A program made the position numbers and the translations under genes. Below, one piece after another: positions 42,024-51,277 of a stretch of DNA of 64,000 bases. The number at the start of each line of letters is the position of its first letter. Within the stretch, counting starts at the first letter, position 1. The stretch is from a virus: IMG/VR virus record IMGVR_UViG_3300015245_000004, positions 1 through 64,000 of that record; one strand, given 5' to 3'. Under the pieces are notes generated by a model that did not search any database, was not told the origin of the DNA, and saw only the letters and a program-made list of their open reading frames with translations.

Positions 42024-42943
42024 TGCCATCTGAGTTCTATAAAAAGTACCGCCCCAAAACCTTCAAGGAAATACGAGGCCAGCCCGAGGCCTGCAAGACG
42101 CTCCACGCCGCCATCAAGGCGCGGAACGTCCCGCACTCGATTCTGTTCTCGGGGCCATCGGGCACTGGCAAAACGACTATGGCCCGCCTCATGGCAACCA
42201 AGCTGGGGTGCAGCACCGGCTTCGACTTCATCGAGGTCAATGCCGCGTCGAACAATGGCATCGGCGTCATTCGCGGCATCGAACAGCAAACCGGGCTGGC
42301 GGCGGTTCAGGAGTCGCGGGTGTGGGTATTCGACGAGGCCCACGAGCTTTCCACCCCGGCCCAAAACGCCCTACTCAAAATACTGGAGGATACACCGTCG
42401 TGTGTTTACTTCTTCTTATGCACCACCCACCCCGACGACCTGCTGCCCACCATCCGCAACCGCTGCACCAACATCGAAATGAAGCCCCTCAACAGTGAAA
42501 CCATGCGCAGCCTGCTTGTCGATATTTGCAATAAAGAAAAACTGAATACCGACGAGAAGGTCATCAATCGCATCATCGACGTAGCTGAGGGCTCGGCGCG
42601 ACGGGCGTTGGTATTACTTGAGCAGATAATGACGCTGACGCCCGACGAGGCAATCAAGGTCATCCAGTCGAACGACGTGCGCCAACAGGCCGTGGAAATC
42701 GTGAAGGCCCTGCTGCGGCCCGGTACAACCTGGCCCGAAATGGCGAAGATCATCAAGTCGGTTGACGAGGATGCCGAGAAGGTCCGGCGACTGATCCTGG
42801 CCTACACCACAACCGTCATGCTGGGGCAGCCTAAACCCGGCCGGGCCTTTTATATCATCCAGGCGTTTCGCGACTCGTTCTTTGCCTGCGGCAAGGCGGG
42901 ACTGGTAGCCGGTTGTTTCGAGGTGGTGACCGCAAAGCCATAA
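42023..42943 (+). CDS. Clamp loader ATPase (DNA pol III gamma/tau-like AAA+)
   Basis: Trimmed to MPSEFYKKYRPKTFKEIRGQ... Walker A SGPSGTGKTT, Walker B VWVFDEAHEL, SRC motif TIRNRC. Confidence 0.8.
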   Translation: MPSEFYKKYRPKTFKEIRGQPEACKTLHAAIKARNVPHSILFSGPSGTGKTTMARLMATKLGCSTGFDFIEVNAASNNGIGVIRGIEQQTGLAAVQESRVWVFDEAHELSTPAQNALLKILEDTPSCVYFFLCTTHPDDLLPTIRNRCTNIEMKPLNSETMRSLLVDICNKEKLNTDEKVINRIIDVAEGSARRALVLLEQIMTLTPDEAIKVIQSNDVRQQAVEIVKALLRPGTTWPEMAKIIKSVDEDAEKVRRLILAYTTTVMLGQPKPGRAFYIIQAFRDSFFACGKAGLVAGCFEVVTAKP

Positions 42944-42949
42944 GCAACC

Positions 42950-42960
42950 CCCGATAATAC
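42950..42960 (+). promoter_or_regulatory. Conserved CCCGATAATAC (-10-like) motif
   Basis: GATAAT at 42953-42958, 33 nt upstream of the ATG at 42992 (RBS AGGTGAG). Confidence 0.45.
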
Positions 42961-42991
42961 CTATGTACCGAACCGAAGGAATAGGTGAGCC

Positions 42992-43492
42992 ATGACGAGC
43001 ATCGAAGATCGCAGCGAACGCCGCTCTCTCATCAAAATTGATCAGGACCGCCTCGACCAGGTCTGCCTGGAGCACGCCGAGCTATATTACGAGTGGCAGG
43101 CCAAGCTCGCCAATGCCCGCGAGGCCGCCACTGCCAAGAAGAATGCCCTCGAAGTTGTCGAGGCTGAGCTCATCATCGAGTTTCATCGCAACCCCGAGAA
43201 GTGGAAGCTGCCCTCCACCACCGCGCCAGTAATTAAGGCCGCCGTCACCAGCCACCCTAAAATGAGGGCCGCCGAGGCTGAGCTACAGAAAGCCAACGAG
43301 CGAACAGCCGCCGCCTGGGCCATGATCTACGCACTCGACCACCGCAAAAAAATGATCGAGTTATCGGTCCAACTGTTTCTGGCAAACTACCGATCAACAC
43401 CCTATGTCAACGGCGACGGCCGCGCCACCATGAGCGAGGGCAAGAAGAAAATCGCCCGCCGTCCCATTAACGATGAGGACGATGATGATTGA
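42992..43492 (+). CDS. UvsY-like recombination mediator (tentative)
   Basis: 166 aa, helical. KIDQDRLDQVCLEHAELYYEWQAKLANAREAATAKKNALEVVEAEL parallels the T4 UvsY N-terminal pattern. Followed by gp32-like and UvsX-like genes. Confidence 0.4.
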   Translation: MTSIEDRSERRSLIKIDQDRLDQVCLEHAELYYEWQAKLANAREAATAKKNALEVVEAELIIEFHRNPEKWKLPSTTAPVIKAAVTSHPKMRAAEAELQKANERTAAAWAMIYALDHRKKMIELSVQLFLANYRSTPYVNGDGRATMSEGKKKIARRPINDEDDDD

Positions 43493-43625
43493 AAACATTG
43501 GCTACACCGTCATGCTGACGGTGGGCGCAACGGTCTGGCTTTACATTCTGGTCAAGCTCCTACGCTACGCCTGGTTATCCGCCGGCCGTAACTTCAGGAA
43601 TGACCCCAACAACGAGGACGAGTAA
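43482..43625 (+). CDS. 47-aa membrane micro-protein (not in the ORF track)
   Basis: ATGATG at 43482 overlaps the upstream stop. Sequence MMIENIGYTVMLTVGATVWLYILVKLLRYAWLSAGRNFRNDPNNEDE. Its stop abuts the ATG at 43626. Confidence 0.35.
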   Translation: MMIENIGYTVMLTVGATVWLYILVKLLRYAWLSAGRNFRNDPNNEDE

Positions 43626-44960
43626 ATGGCTACACAGCGCGACAAGGAAAAACGCAAGGCCCGGATGGTCACCGCCGACCGCCGGCTGGCCGAGCACACA
43701 ACGGAGGGCGGCCGGCTGGCGTTCAAGCTGCCGCCGGGCATCCCGGTGTTCACCCCGAAAAAGGACACCAGCCACAACATCGATATGGTGCCCTGGGACG
43801 TTGGCGAGGGCAACCCCTATGCCAACTCCGGCGACCTTTACTACGAGCGGACCTACTTCACCCACCCATATATGGGGCCGGGAAACCAGACCTTTATCTG
43901 CGCGGCACAAACCTTCAAAAAGCCATGTGCCTGCTGCGACTATCGCAACAAAGTCAGCGGCGAGAACCCCGATCCCAGCGCAGCGGTCAAGAAGTTGATC
44001 CGGTCGCTCATGCCGAAGGAGCGGCAACTTTGGTTGGTGTACGACCGCGATGACAGCAACTGCAAAACTGTCAAGGTGTGGGAAATCAGCTTCCACAACT
44101 TCGGCACCTATCTGGACGACAAAATCCAGCGGGCGAAGAACGACAAGTCCGACCCCGATGGCATCAAGTTCGCCCGGCTCAAGAAGTTCGCCGACCCGGT
44201 GAATGGCCGCACGCTCTGCGTTGGCTCCTCATCGAAAACCATCGAGGGTGGTAAGCCATTCCTGGTCTTCCCCGATATCGAGTTCCGCAAGCGCATCGAG
44301 CCCATCCCCGACGAAATCCTGGAATCGGCCTTCTGCGTCGATAACCTGATCACCATGCCCGATTACAAAAAAGTCAAGGAGGTTCTTCACCAGGCCGCGC
44401 CGGACGATGACGAGGAAAACACCGGAGCCGACGAAACCGAGGAAACAGAAACCGAGGAGGAGGAAGAGGAGGAAGAGGTCACCGCCACCTTTGCCAAGGG
44501 CGACGAGGTCGGATTCGAGTACAAGGGCAAAGCCATTACCGGCAGCATCGTCAAGGTGGACAAGAAGAACGGGCTGTACCACATCGACAGCGAGGAGCGG
44601 GACAAGCCCTATATCCTCAAGTTCGATGACGCTACCCTGGAGGCGACCGAGGCCGAGGAAGAAGTCGAGGAAGAAGACACCTGGGTTTCTTTGCCGCCCA
44701 AAAAGAAACCCGGCAAAAAGAAGCCGCCAGTAGAAGAGGAGGAGGAAGAAGAAGCCGAGGAGGAGGAAGAAGAAGCACCACCGCCCAAAAAGAAACCGGC
44801 TACAGGTAAGAAGAAACCCGCGCCGGCCGAGGACGACGAGGACTGGGGGGAAGATGAAGAAGCCGAAGAAGAAAAACCCAAAGCCAAAAAGCCCGGCGGC
44901 AAAAAGAAACCTGTTGCCGATGAGGACGAGGAAGAAGCCTTCGAGGAGGATGACGATTAG
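43626..44960 (+). CDS. gp32-like ssDNA-binding protein with long E/K-rich acidic tail
   Basis: 444 aa. THPYMGPGNQTFICAAQTFKKPCACC gives a His-Cys-Cys-Cys spacing close to the T4 gp32 zinc site. The C-terminal ~190 aa are E/K/P low complexity ending EEAFEEDDD. Confidence 0.5.
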   Translation: MATQRDKEKRKARMVTADRRLAEHTTEGGRLAFKLPPGIPVFTPKKDTSHNIDMVPWDVGEGNPYANSGDLYYERTYFTHPYMGPGNQTFICAAQTFKKPCACCDYRNKVSGENPDPSAAVKKLIRSLMPKERQLWLVYDRDDSNCKTVKVWEISFHNFGTYLDDKIQRAKNDKSDPDGIKFARLKKFADPVNGRTLCVGSSSKTIEGGKPFLVFPDIEFRKRIEPIPDEILESAFCVDNLITMPDYKKVKEVLHQAAPDDDEENTGADETEETETEEEEEEEEVTATFAKGDEVGFEYKGKAITGSIVKVDKKNGLYHIDSEERDKPYILKFDDATLEATEAEEEVEEEDTWVSLPPKKKPGKKKPPVEEEEEEEAEEEEEEAPPPKKKPATGKKKPAPAEDDEDWGEDEEAEEEKPKAKKPGGKKKPVADEDEEEAFEEDDD

Positions 44961-45095
44961 TATTCCCGAAGGCCTCAAAGACTATAGTTCTGTTGGGGCC
45001 TTCGACTTTTGAACCAAGCCGCAGGCGGATACCACAACCGATGGGCCAGTGGCTGAACTATCCGACCTGCGGTTTTACTTTACGGTGCAGCTAAA

Positions 45096-46187
45096 ATGTC
45101 CCTTATGAAACAAGTCAAGCAGCAGCTAACCTACCTGCCGTCCAAGAAGCTGGTTGCGGCGGCCGATATGGTATCCTGCGGAACCGTCATGCTCAACCTA
45201 GCGCTCACTGGCAAAACCGCTGGGGCATTCCCCAAGGGGTTCTACACCCTTCTAGTTGGCGATACCGATAGCTGCAAAACATTTCTTTGCCTTGCCACGT
45301 TCGCCGAAGCCATGCTCAAGCCAGCCTTCAAAGACTACCGTCTCATTTACGACGATAACGAGAACGGCATTCAACTTGATGTACCGCAGTTCTTCGGGCA
45401 GGCCGTGGCTGACCGTATGGAGATCGTTCGCAGCCGCTACGTCGAAAACTTCTACCGCCGCATCGACGCCGAGCTGGCGAAGAAGAAACCGTTCATTTAT
45501 GTGCTGGATTCCGAAAACGCACTCAACAGCAAGGCTGCCGAAAAGAAGGCTGCCAGCAACAAGGCCCGCGCCGATGCGGGTGAGGACGAAAAGGGCAGCT
45601 TCGTCAGCCGGGGCACTGCCAAGGCCCACAGTGAAAACCTACTCCGCGTCACCAACGGACTGGAGGAAACCGGGTCGATCCTGATTATTATCTGCCAAAC
45701 CCGCGACCGCATCGGCTTCGGGGCGCAGTATGACCCCAAGACCCGCGCCGGCGGCCGTGCGCTGGCATTCTTCGCCCAAATGCAGATATGGACCGAAGTA
45801 CGCACCAATATCGTCAAGCAGGTGCTCGGCCAAAAGCGGCAGATCGGTATTATCGTTCGGGCCAAGGTCAAGCGGTCGCGTGTAACTGGCCGCAAGAAAA
45901 CTATCGAGTTCCCTATCTACTGGTCGCACGGAATCGACAACACCGGCAGCATGGTGGACTATCTCATTGAGGAGGGTGTCTGGTCGGTCAACGGCGACCG
46001 CGAAGCTACCAACGAAGGAAAGACTGTCACCGCCGGGGATTTCAATAAGGTGCTGAAGCGAGCCAAGTTGATAGAATGGATCGAAAGCAGCCCTGCCCGC
46101 GAAAAGAAACTCCGCGACCTGGTCCGGGGCCGCTGGAACAAGGTCGATGAGGCTTGCGCTGTTAAAAGGAAGTTCCGTTATGCCTAG
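45096..46187 (+). CDS. RecA/UvsX-like recombinase
   Basis: 363 aa. Walker A LLVGDTDSCKTF, Walker B FIYVLDSENAL, and IIICQTRDRIGFG...KTRAGGRALAFFAQMQI (RecA L2/strand-exchange region pattern). Confidence 0.7.
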   Translation: MSLMKQVKQQLTYLPSKKLVAAADMVSCGTVMLNLALTGKTAGAFPKGFYTLLVGDTDSCKTFLCLATFAEAMLKPAFKDYRLIYDDNENGIQLDVPQFFGQAVADRMEIVRSRYVENFYRRIDAELAKKKPFIYVLDSENALNSKAAEKKAASNKARADAGEDEKGSFVSRGTAKAHSENLLRVTNGLEETGSILIIICQTRDRIGFGAQYDPKTRAGGRALAFFAQMQIWTEVRTNIVKQVLGQKRQIGIIVRAKVKRSRVTGRKKTIEFPIYWSHGIDNTGSMVDYLIEEGVWSVNGDREATNEGKTVTAGDFNKVLKRAKLIEWIESSPAREKKLRDLVRGRWNKVDEACAVKRKFRYA

Positions 46188-46494
46188 CACTAAAGTCGAA
46201 ACTATGACCACCAGCCATGTGTCCGCGCCAGTCGTTTACGTCATGCAGCCCGACGGCATGGTTCGCATCCTACAGCGATGCGCCGTATGCGGGGAAAAGC
46301 TCCGCGACAACATCGATGAACTTGAGTCATACCAAGAAATAACCGCGCGAGGCGCGCCGGCATTTCCCTGGTGGCCGGCAGGACTGTTTATCCGGGTCGA
46401 GGGAGAGCGGCAGACTTCCTTTTCGCCGGAGCGGACTATTACCGGCGATGTCGCCGCGTTCCCGCATGACTTTTGCCTCGCCCTTGTGGAGTAA
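46180..46494 (+). CDS. Hypothetical protein with CxxC
   Basis: Trimmed to MPSTKVET..., which has AAGGAAG upstream. Contains CAVCGEK. Confidence 0.4.
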   Translation: MPSTKVETMTTSHVSAPVVYVMQPDGMVRILQRCAVCGEKLRDNIDELESYQEITARGAPAFPWWPAGLFIRVEGERQTSFSPERTITGDVAAFPHDFCLALVE

Positions 46495-46497
46495 GAT

Positions 46498-47292
46498 ATG
46501 CCACGGACCTGGCTAATCTTCGACTGCAATTACATTGCATACCGCGCCTATCACACCACCAGCTACATTAAGCAGGGGGTCGTCTACGGGTTCCTCCGCG
46601 ACGTGAAGGCCGCCATCGAACGGTTCAACGCCAAGCATTATGTATTTGCCTGGGACGCCGGCCGCAGCCTCCGCGAGTTAGTATACCCCGCCTACAAAGC
46701 ACAGCGGAGCCCACGGCCCGAAGGAATGTCCGAGCAGATCACCGAGCTCAAAATGATCACTCTCAAGGACATTGGGTTTCGTAATGTCCTCTGGAAGGCC
46801 GGCTACGAGGCCGATGACATCATTGCCTCCTTGGTGCATAACCGAACGCCCGGCGACCAGATAATGGTCGTCACCGCCGACGCCGATATGTACCAACTAC
46901 TGCACAACCAGGTCCGCCTGTTCAACCCCCGCTCGAAGAAGATTACCACACTGCAGTCTTTTGGTAAGGAGTACGGGATTACCCCGGACCTGTGGCCACG
47001 GGTCAAGGCTATCGCCGGCTGCAAGTCCGATAATATAACGGGGGTGAAGAAGGGCCTTGGCGAGAAAACCGCCATCAGTATTCTCGCCGGCCACCAGGAA
47101 AGCAGGGACGTTCGCCGCGCCTGGAAGTCGGTGGTGCTGCCGAACCTTGCCCTGACCAAACTGCCATACCCCGGCACCCCCGTCTACCCACTTCAGGATG
47201 ACGCCTACGACCCAACAAAGCTGAAGGCTGCTATGGCCGAGCTGGGGGCCGAGCAGCGGCGCGAGCGCGAACCACTAACGAGGGCGTCATAG
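46498..47292 (+). CDS. 5'-3' exonuclease / flap endonuclease (PIN-like FEN)
   Basis: 264 aa. LIFDCNYIAYRAYH, FAWDAGRSLR...YKAQR, GYEADDIIASL, VVTADADMYQLL, and H3TH GVKKGLGEKTA. Confidence 0.85.
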   Translation: MPRTWLIFDCNYIAYRAYHTTSYIKQGVVYGFLRDVKAAIERFNAKHYVFAWDAGRSLRELVYPAYKAQRSPRPEGMSEQITELKMITLKDIGFRNVLWKAGYEADDIIASLVHNRTPGDQIMVVTADADMYQLLHNQVRLFNPRSKKITTLQSFGKEYGITPDLWPRVKAIAGCKSDNITGVKKGLGEKTAISILAGHQESRDVRRAWKSVVLPNLALTKLPYPGTPVYPLQDDAYDPTKLKAAMAELGAEQRREREPLTRAS

Positions 47293-47293
47293 C

Positions 47294-47848
47294 ATGGCTA
47301 AGGGCGGCCAGTTCGAGCGGGACATGTGCCGCACCCTCTCCGAGTGGTGGGTGCCGGGGCGCGACGATATATTCTGGCGGTCATCGAACAGTGGGGGCCG
47401 GGCAACCGTCCGCAGCAAAAAAGGCAAGGGCACCTATGGCGCGTATGGCGACGTGGCCGCAACCGACCCTATCGGCAAGGCCCTGCTAAAGCTAGTCACG
47501 ATTGAACTTAAGTGCGGCTACGCCAAAATGCAGGCCCAGGACATCATCGACAAGCCGCGCAGCAGGGCCAGAACAATTCTCACCGGCTGGGTAATGCAGG
47601 CTAAAAAATCCGCCGACCTGGCCAAGTCGGTTTCGTGGATAATCATTCACCAGCGTAACCACCGAGTACCGATGCTGTACTGCTATGATAAGTTTTTCGG
47701 AACTGCACTTCCCCAACGATTACCAGCCCTTCGGCTGCACTGCGACGGCTCCCGCCTTGTTGGAATACCCCTCGCCCGGTTCCTGACGTGGCTCTCGCCC
47801 GATAGCGTCAAAACATTGGTGAGGTTGCACTATGATGGTCCACGATGA
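47294..47848 (+). CDS. PD-(D/E)xK-type nuclease, Holliday-junction-resolvase-like
   Basis: 184 aa. GGQFERDMCRTL...SSNSGGRAT...YGDVAATDP...LVTIELKCGY fits an E...D...ExK arrangement. Confidence 0.5.
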   Translation: MAKGGQFERDMCRTLSEWWVPGRDDIFWRSSNSGGRATVRSKKGKGTYGAYGDVAATDPIGKALLKLVTIELKCGYAKMQAQDIIDKPRSRARTILTGWVMQAKKSADLAKSVSWIIIHQRNHRVPMLYCYDKFFGTALPQRLPALRLHCDGSRLVGIPLARFLTWLSPDSVKTLVRLHYDGPR

Positions 47849-47981
47849 CGGCCCGGAAGCGCCCTGCCTACCGGAAACACGGGCGGTGATTACCTGCCCC
47901 CAGTGCGGCGAAGAAACACTCACCAAGTGTATTACCACCGACCGATGGCGATGCCCGTGCGGATATGAGGAGGTTAGATGA
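47832..47981 (+). CDS. 49-aa zinc-ribbon micro-protein (not in the ORF track)
   Basis: MMVHDDGPEAPCLPETRAVITCPQCGEETLTKCITTDRWRCPCGYEEVR. Overlaps neighbouring start and stop codons. Confidence 0.35.
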   Translation: MMVHDDGPEAPCLPETRAVITCPQCGEETLTKCITTDRWRCPCGYEEVR

Positions 47982-48193
47982 AGGTTGTCAGCATCCAAAA
48001 AAACCAACCGATCCTCGTCGTCCTCGAAAACGGCGAAATCATCAGTTTCCAAATCCAAAGGACGGGGGCCGAGGGTGGTGCATGCCGCGTCGAGGTCCAG
48101 GCCCCGAACCACGCACGCATCATTACCGGCGTGCCCGCCAAAAAACCAACCCATGCTGTGCTGGCACTGCGAGCTCCCCAACCGGCTAATTAG
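47978..48193 (+). CDS. Hypothetical small beta-rich protein (very weak CsrA-like pattern)
   Basis: 71 aa. MKVVSIQKNQPILVVLENGEIISFQIQRTG...CRVEVQAPNHARII. Confidence 0.3.
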   Translation: MKVVSIQKNQPILVVLENGEIISFQIQRTGAEGGACRVEVQAPNHARIITGVPAKKPTHAVLALRAPQPAN

Positions 48194-48368
48194 GTATGGT
48201 CTGTGCTCCGAGTGCTTTTACAACCCACGTATCCGCGCCCTCTACCCCAACTATCGGCGGTGTAAGCACCGGCCGAAAACGCGGGGCAAGGTCAAAACCC
48301 TAGCCGAGCGGGCAGCGCGGGGTGAGCCCTTATGGCACCCCAAGGACGCCCAGGAGGATATGACATGA
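48153..48368 (+). CDS. Small zinc-finger protein
   Basis: Trimmed to MLCWHCELPNRLIRYGLCSECFYNPR... Confidence 0.35.
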   Translation: MLCWHCELPNRLIRYGLCSECFYNPRIRALYPNYRRCKHRPKTRGKVKTLAERAARGEPLWHPKDAQEDMT

Positions 48369-48568
48369 CCACTAGCGAAACACTTTCGTTTTTACTCTTA
48401 TGGGGAGTTGTAATAATCCTAGAAATACGATTGAACAGACTCAGCAAACGGTTTGACTGCGAGTACACACTTAAGGATGGTGAACGTGAGTTGAAGTGGC
48501 GGGCGAAAACACCCAAGGAGCTTGCCGACCTCATGCAAATAATCCACCACACCAACCTCGACCAATGA
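48365..48568 (+). CDS. Small membrane-anchored protein
   Basis: Trimmed to MTTSETLSFLLLWGVVIILEIRL... AT-richer segment. Confidence 0.4.
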   Translation: MTTSETLSFLLLWGVVIILEIRLNRLSKRFDCEYTLKDGERELKWRAKTPKELADLMQIIHHTNLDQ

Positions 48569-49527
48569 CCCTTCAACGCCTCATCCTGAAAAACTTTCAG
48601 TGCCACCGCCGCCGGGTCGTAAACTTCGACCCGGCCGTTACCACCATAGTGGGGGAGTCCGATGTTGGCAAAACTGCAATCCTCCGCGCCCTCCGGCTGT
48701 TATGTCTTAACCGACCATCCGGCGAATCATACCTGTCAGATGGAACCACCGCCGGCTTTGTTCGGTTACTTGTTGATGGTAGACGTATCGAAAGACTACG
48801 GCACAATAAAACAGTATACGCAGTTGACGGAGCCAGGTACGAAGCTGTGGGGGCCGAGCCCCTTGCAGCCGTGTCTAAATTACTTCGTATTGATAGAGTC
48901 AATTTTGCACGCCAGTTGGACCCACATTTTTGGTTCTCCCTGACACCGGGGCAGGTCAGCAAAGAGCTCAACTCGATCATAAACCTGTCGGTGATCGACA
49001 AGGCCCTTGCCAATATCAAGCGCGAGTACACCAGGGCCAAAACGACCGCCGATGTTTGCCGTGATCGCCTCGCCGATGCCCGTGTCAAGAAGAAGGAACT
49101 GGCCTGGGTGCCGGCGTTCGCCGCCGACGTTGATCGGCTCGCAACCGGCGAAAAAGCCCTCGAAGAAAAGCAGGCGGTACTAATCGAACTTGGCGAAACT
49201 ATCGACAGGTTAAACGTCGCCCGCGCCGAGGCCGCCCGGCCGGTCCCGATAATAACTAGGCTGGCCGAACAGCGGGCGGCTGCCGATGCCATTGCCGAGC
49301 GGAACCGTGGACTGGGAAATCTAATCCGAGAGTTAAGAGAAGCAAGGAGCATTCAATGCGCGGCACAAACGGAACTGGAAAAGGCCGAAGCGGCATTCAA
49401 AAAAGCGACGAAGAACCGCTGCCCGACGTGCGGCCAGATAATAAGGTCGTCGCCATCCTCATCAGCGACCTGCACCTCAGCCATACACCGCCCCCCGCCC
49501 GTGCGGAGCAGGACTGGTATGAGGTAA
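48565..49527 (+). CDS. Rad50/SbcC-like ATPase, N-terminal half (Walker A, coiled coil, zinc hook)
   Basis: Trimmed to MTLQRLILKNFQCHRRRVVNF...IVGESDVGKTAILRAL. Q-loop region FARQLDPHFWF, a long coiled coil, then CPTCGQ (49420-49437). The remaining 30 codons overlap the Mre11-like gene. Confidence 0.7.
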   Translation: MTLQRLILKNFQCHRRRVVNFDPAVTTIVGESDVGKTAILRALRLLCLNRPSGESYLSDGTTAGFVRLLVDGRRIERLRHNKTVYAVDGARYEAVGAEPLAAVSKLLRIDRVNFARQLDPHFWFSLTPGQVSKELNSIINLSVIDKALANIKREYTRAKTTADVCRDRLADARVKKKELAWVPAFAADVDRLATGEKALEEKQAVLIELGETIDRLNVARAEAARPVPIITRLAEQRAAADAIAERNRGLGNLIRELREARSIQCAAQTELEKAEAAFKKATKNRCPTCGQIIRSSPSSSATCTSAIHRPPPVRSRTGMR

Positions 49528-50396
49528 TGGCTGGGTACTTAGACCAGCTTGAAACCATAGCAGCATCGCATGTTGGCGCGCCAATCATTTGCGCCGGCGA
49601 CATATTCGACGATGGTTGGCGGCCCTACCGATGCCCGCCTGAACTTATTAACTTTGCAATTGAACACTTCCCACTTATGTATGCCGTACCCGGCCAGCAT
49701 GACCTACCCAATCACCGCTACGACGATCTGCAGCGGTCGGCCTATTACACACTTTGCGAAGCGGGAACAATCAACAATCTGGAACCGGGTGTATCTACTG
49801 AAATCTACGGGCCGGGACAGCGTAGGCAGGCACCCCCATCTATGCGAAACATAACAGCCACCGGGTTTCCCTGGGGGTTCGACATCACGCCGGCCGAGGA
49901 AAGGTTTAGCAAGCATCAGGTAAACCTCGCCGTCATTCACAAGTACATCTGGCGGCCGGGCCACTGCTACTCCGGCGCGCCTAGCGAGGCTGCATTTGGC
50001 TGCTTCGACACCCAACTGCGCGGGTACAACGCAGCGGTCATTGGTGATAATCACTCACCGTGGTTATGGAACCACCGCAGCCCCTGCTACACACTGAACT
50101 GCGGGACGTTCATCCGCCGTAAGGCCGATGAAATCAAATACCGCCCCGGCGTCGGTCTGCTGAATGCGGACGGCAGCATTGTCCGCTACCCACTCGATAC
50201 CAGCGGCGACCGCTGGGCCGACCCCGTTACCCAGGCCGCGACCGAAGCCATTGACCTGACCGACTTCGTCCGCGAGCTTGGAGCTATGGCCGACCAGGGC
50301 GTGAGCTTCGAGGGGGCCGTGTTCGAGTACTTCAAAACCCACAAGGTTGACGATGCCGTCAAACAGCTTGTGCTCAAAGCGGTGCAGGGCGAATGA
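49356..50396 (+). CDS. Mre11/SbcD-like metallophosphoesterase nuclease
   Basis: 346 aa. ILISDLHLSH, ICAGDIFDD, VPGQHDLP, VIGDNHSP. An alternative in-frame GTG start at 49428 would remove most of the overlap. Confidence 0.8.
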   Translation: MRGTNGTGKGRSGIQKSDEEPLPDVRPDNKVVAILISDLHLSHTPPPARAEQDWYEVMAGYLDQLETIAASHVGAPIICAGDIFDDGWRPYRCPPELINFAIEHFPLMYAVPGQHDLPNHRYDDLQRSAYYTLCEAGTINNLEPGVSTEIYGPGQRRQAPPSMRNITATGFPWGFDITPAEERFSKHQVNLAVIHKYIWRPGHCYSGAPSEAAFGCFDTQLRGYNAAVIGDNHSPWLWNHRSPCYTLNCGTFIRRKADEIKYRPGVGLLNADGSIVRYPLDTSGDRWADPVTQAATEAIDLTDFVRELGAMADQGVSFEGAVFEYFKTHKVDDAVKQLVLKAVQGE

Positions 50397-50683
50397 CTAC
50401 CAGCCTATCACATCCGTGCCCCATTTGCGGGCATCCGATGAAACATGAATTTGAAACCCTAGAAGGCGCTTTATGCGAGTACACATACGAATGTGTTAGC
50501 CCAGACTGTGGTTCTTATTATGAAGAATTTACCTACGGTGGAACCCACTGGCATATTGGGGTTCGTGATTTTTATGGTCACTACACCGATACTCGTGAAG
50601 TTGAAAATCAACGAAAAAAAGAAATGGACACTGTGATTGAGTACCTCAGTGTGGATATCTGCAATGCGGGGCCAATGGGGTGA
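50393..50683 (+). CDS. Zinc-ribbon protein (AT-richer island)
   Basis: 96 aa. HPCPICGHPM...YECVSPDCGSYY. Confidence 0.45.
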   Translation: MTTSLSHPCPICGHPMKHEFETLEGALCEYTYECVSPDCGSYYEEFTYGGTHWHIGVRDFYGHYTDTREVENQRKKEMDTVIEYLSVDICNAGPMG

Positions 50684-50937
50684 TTGCATTGGATGACTAT
50701 GAAGACATCAAGCGGTGCGTCGAAGCGGCGAGGCAAAGAGCCGATCGCGCCGCCGGGGCACTTGCCCTGCTCAAGAAACAGCTTAAGGCCGGGTACGGTT
50801 GCGAAACTATCAAGGACGCCCGCGCCCTCTACAACAAAATGCTGGCCGAGGAACACACAGCCAGCGAGACCTGGAACCGTAGCTTCGCCGCCTTCAAGAA
50901 GAAGTGGGCGAAGGAACTGGAGCTACCCAATGGTTAA
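50680..50937 (+). CDS. Hypothetical helical protein
   Basis: 85-aa ORF with ATGA coupling. Confidence 0.45.
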   Translation: MIALDDYEDIKRCVEAARQRADRAAGALALLKKQLKAGYGCETIKDARALYNKMLAEEHTASETWNRSFAAFKKKWAKELELPNG

Positions 50938-51277
50938 AGTAACCCCTCAGTGGATAAAAAAACTGGTGTCCATCACGGTGACCCTAACGCCGGCGCAGGC
51001 ACTTGACATAATCAATAACCGAAAACTTCAACAAATAATACCTGAAGTAGTTAACGCAATCAAAGAAGTAATGCAGCACGATTATGATAGCTTTCCACCA
51101 CAGGAAAACTTCCCACCAATTACCGAATCGAGCGACCGAATGTGCGGTGGCAATTGCAATGTTTATACACCGCAGGATACCATAAAATCACCTGGTGGAA
51201 CAATCATCAAGTACCGTTGCTGTGTTTGTCTTTGGACCAATGACGCAGGCACCAATGTATGGAGACAGCCAGATTGA
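50930..51277 (+). CDS. Hypothetical Cys-containing protein (AT-richer island)
   Basis: Trimmed to MVKVTPQWIKK... Contains ...MCGGNCNVY...YRCCVCLW. Confidence 0.4.
   Translation: MVKVTPQWIKKLVSITVTLTPAQALDIINNRKLQQIIPEVVNAIKEVMQHDYDSFPPQENFPPITESSDRMCGGNCNVYTPQDTIKSPGGTIIKYRCCVCLWTNDAGTNVWRQPD

Noticed and set aside
44229-44978. 249-aa minus-strand ORF and other alternative-frame ORFs over 44387-44902
   Set aside because: They are shadows of the GAG/GAA/AAG repeat encoding the SSB tail.
48597-49352. 251-aa minus-strand ORF
   Set aside because: It is antisense to the Rad50 N-half, which has clear Walker A and hook motifs. Its Ser/Arg/Ala-rich composition is typical of GC-rich antisense frames.
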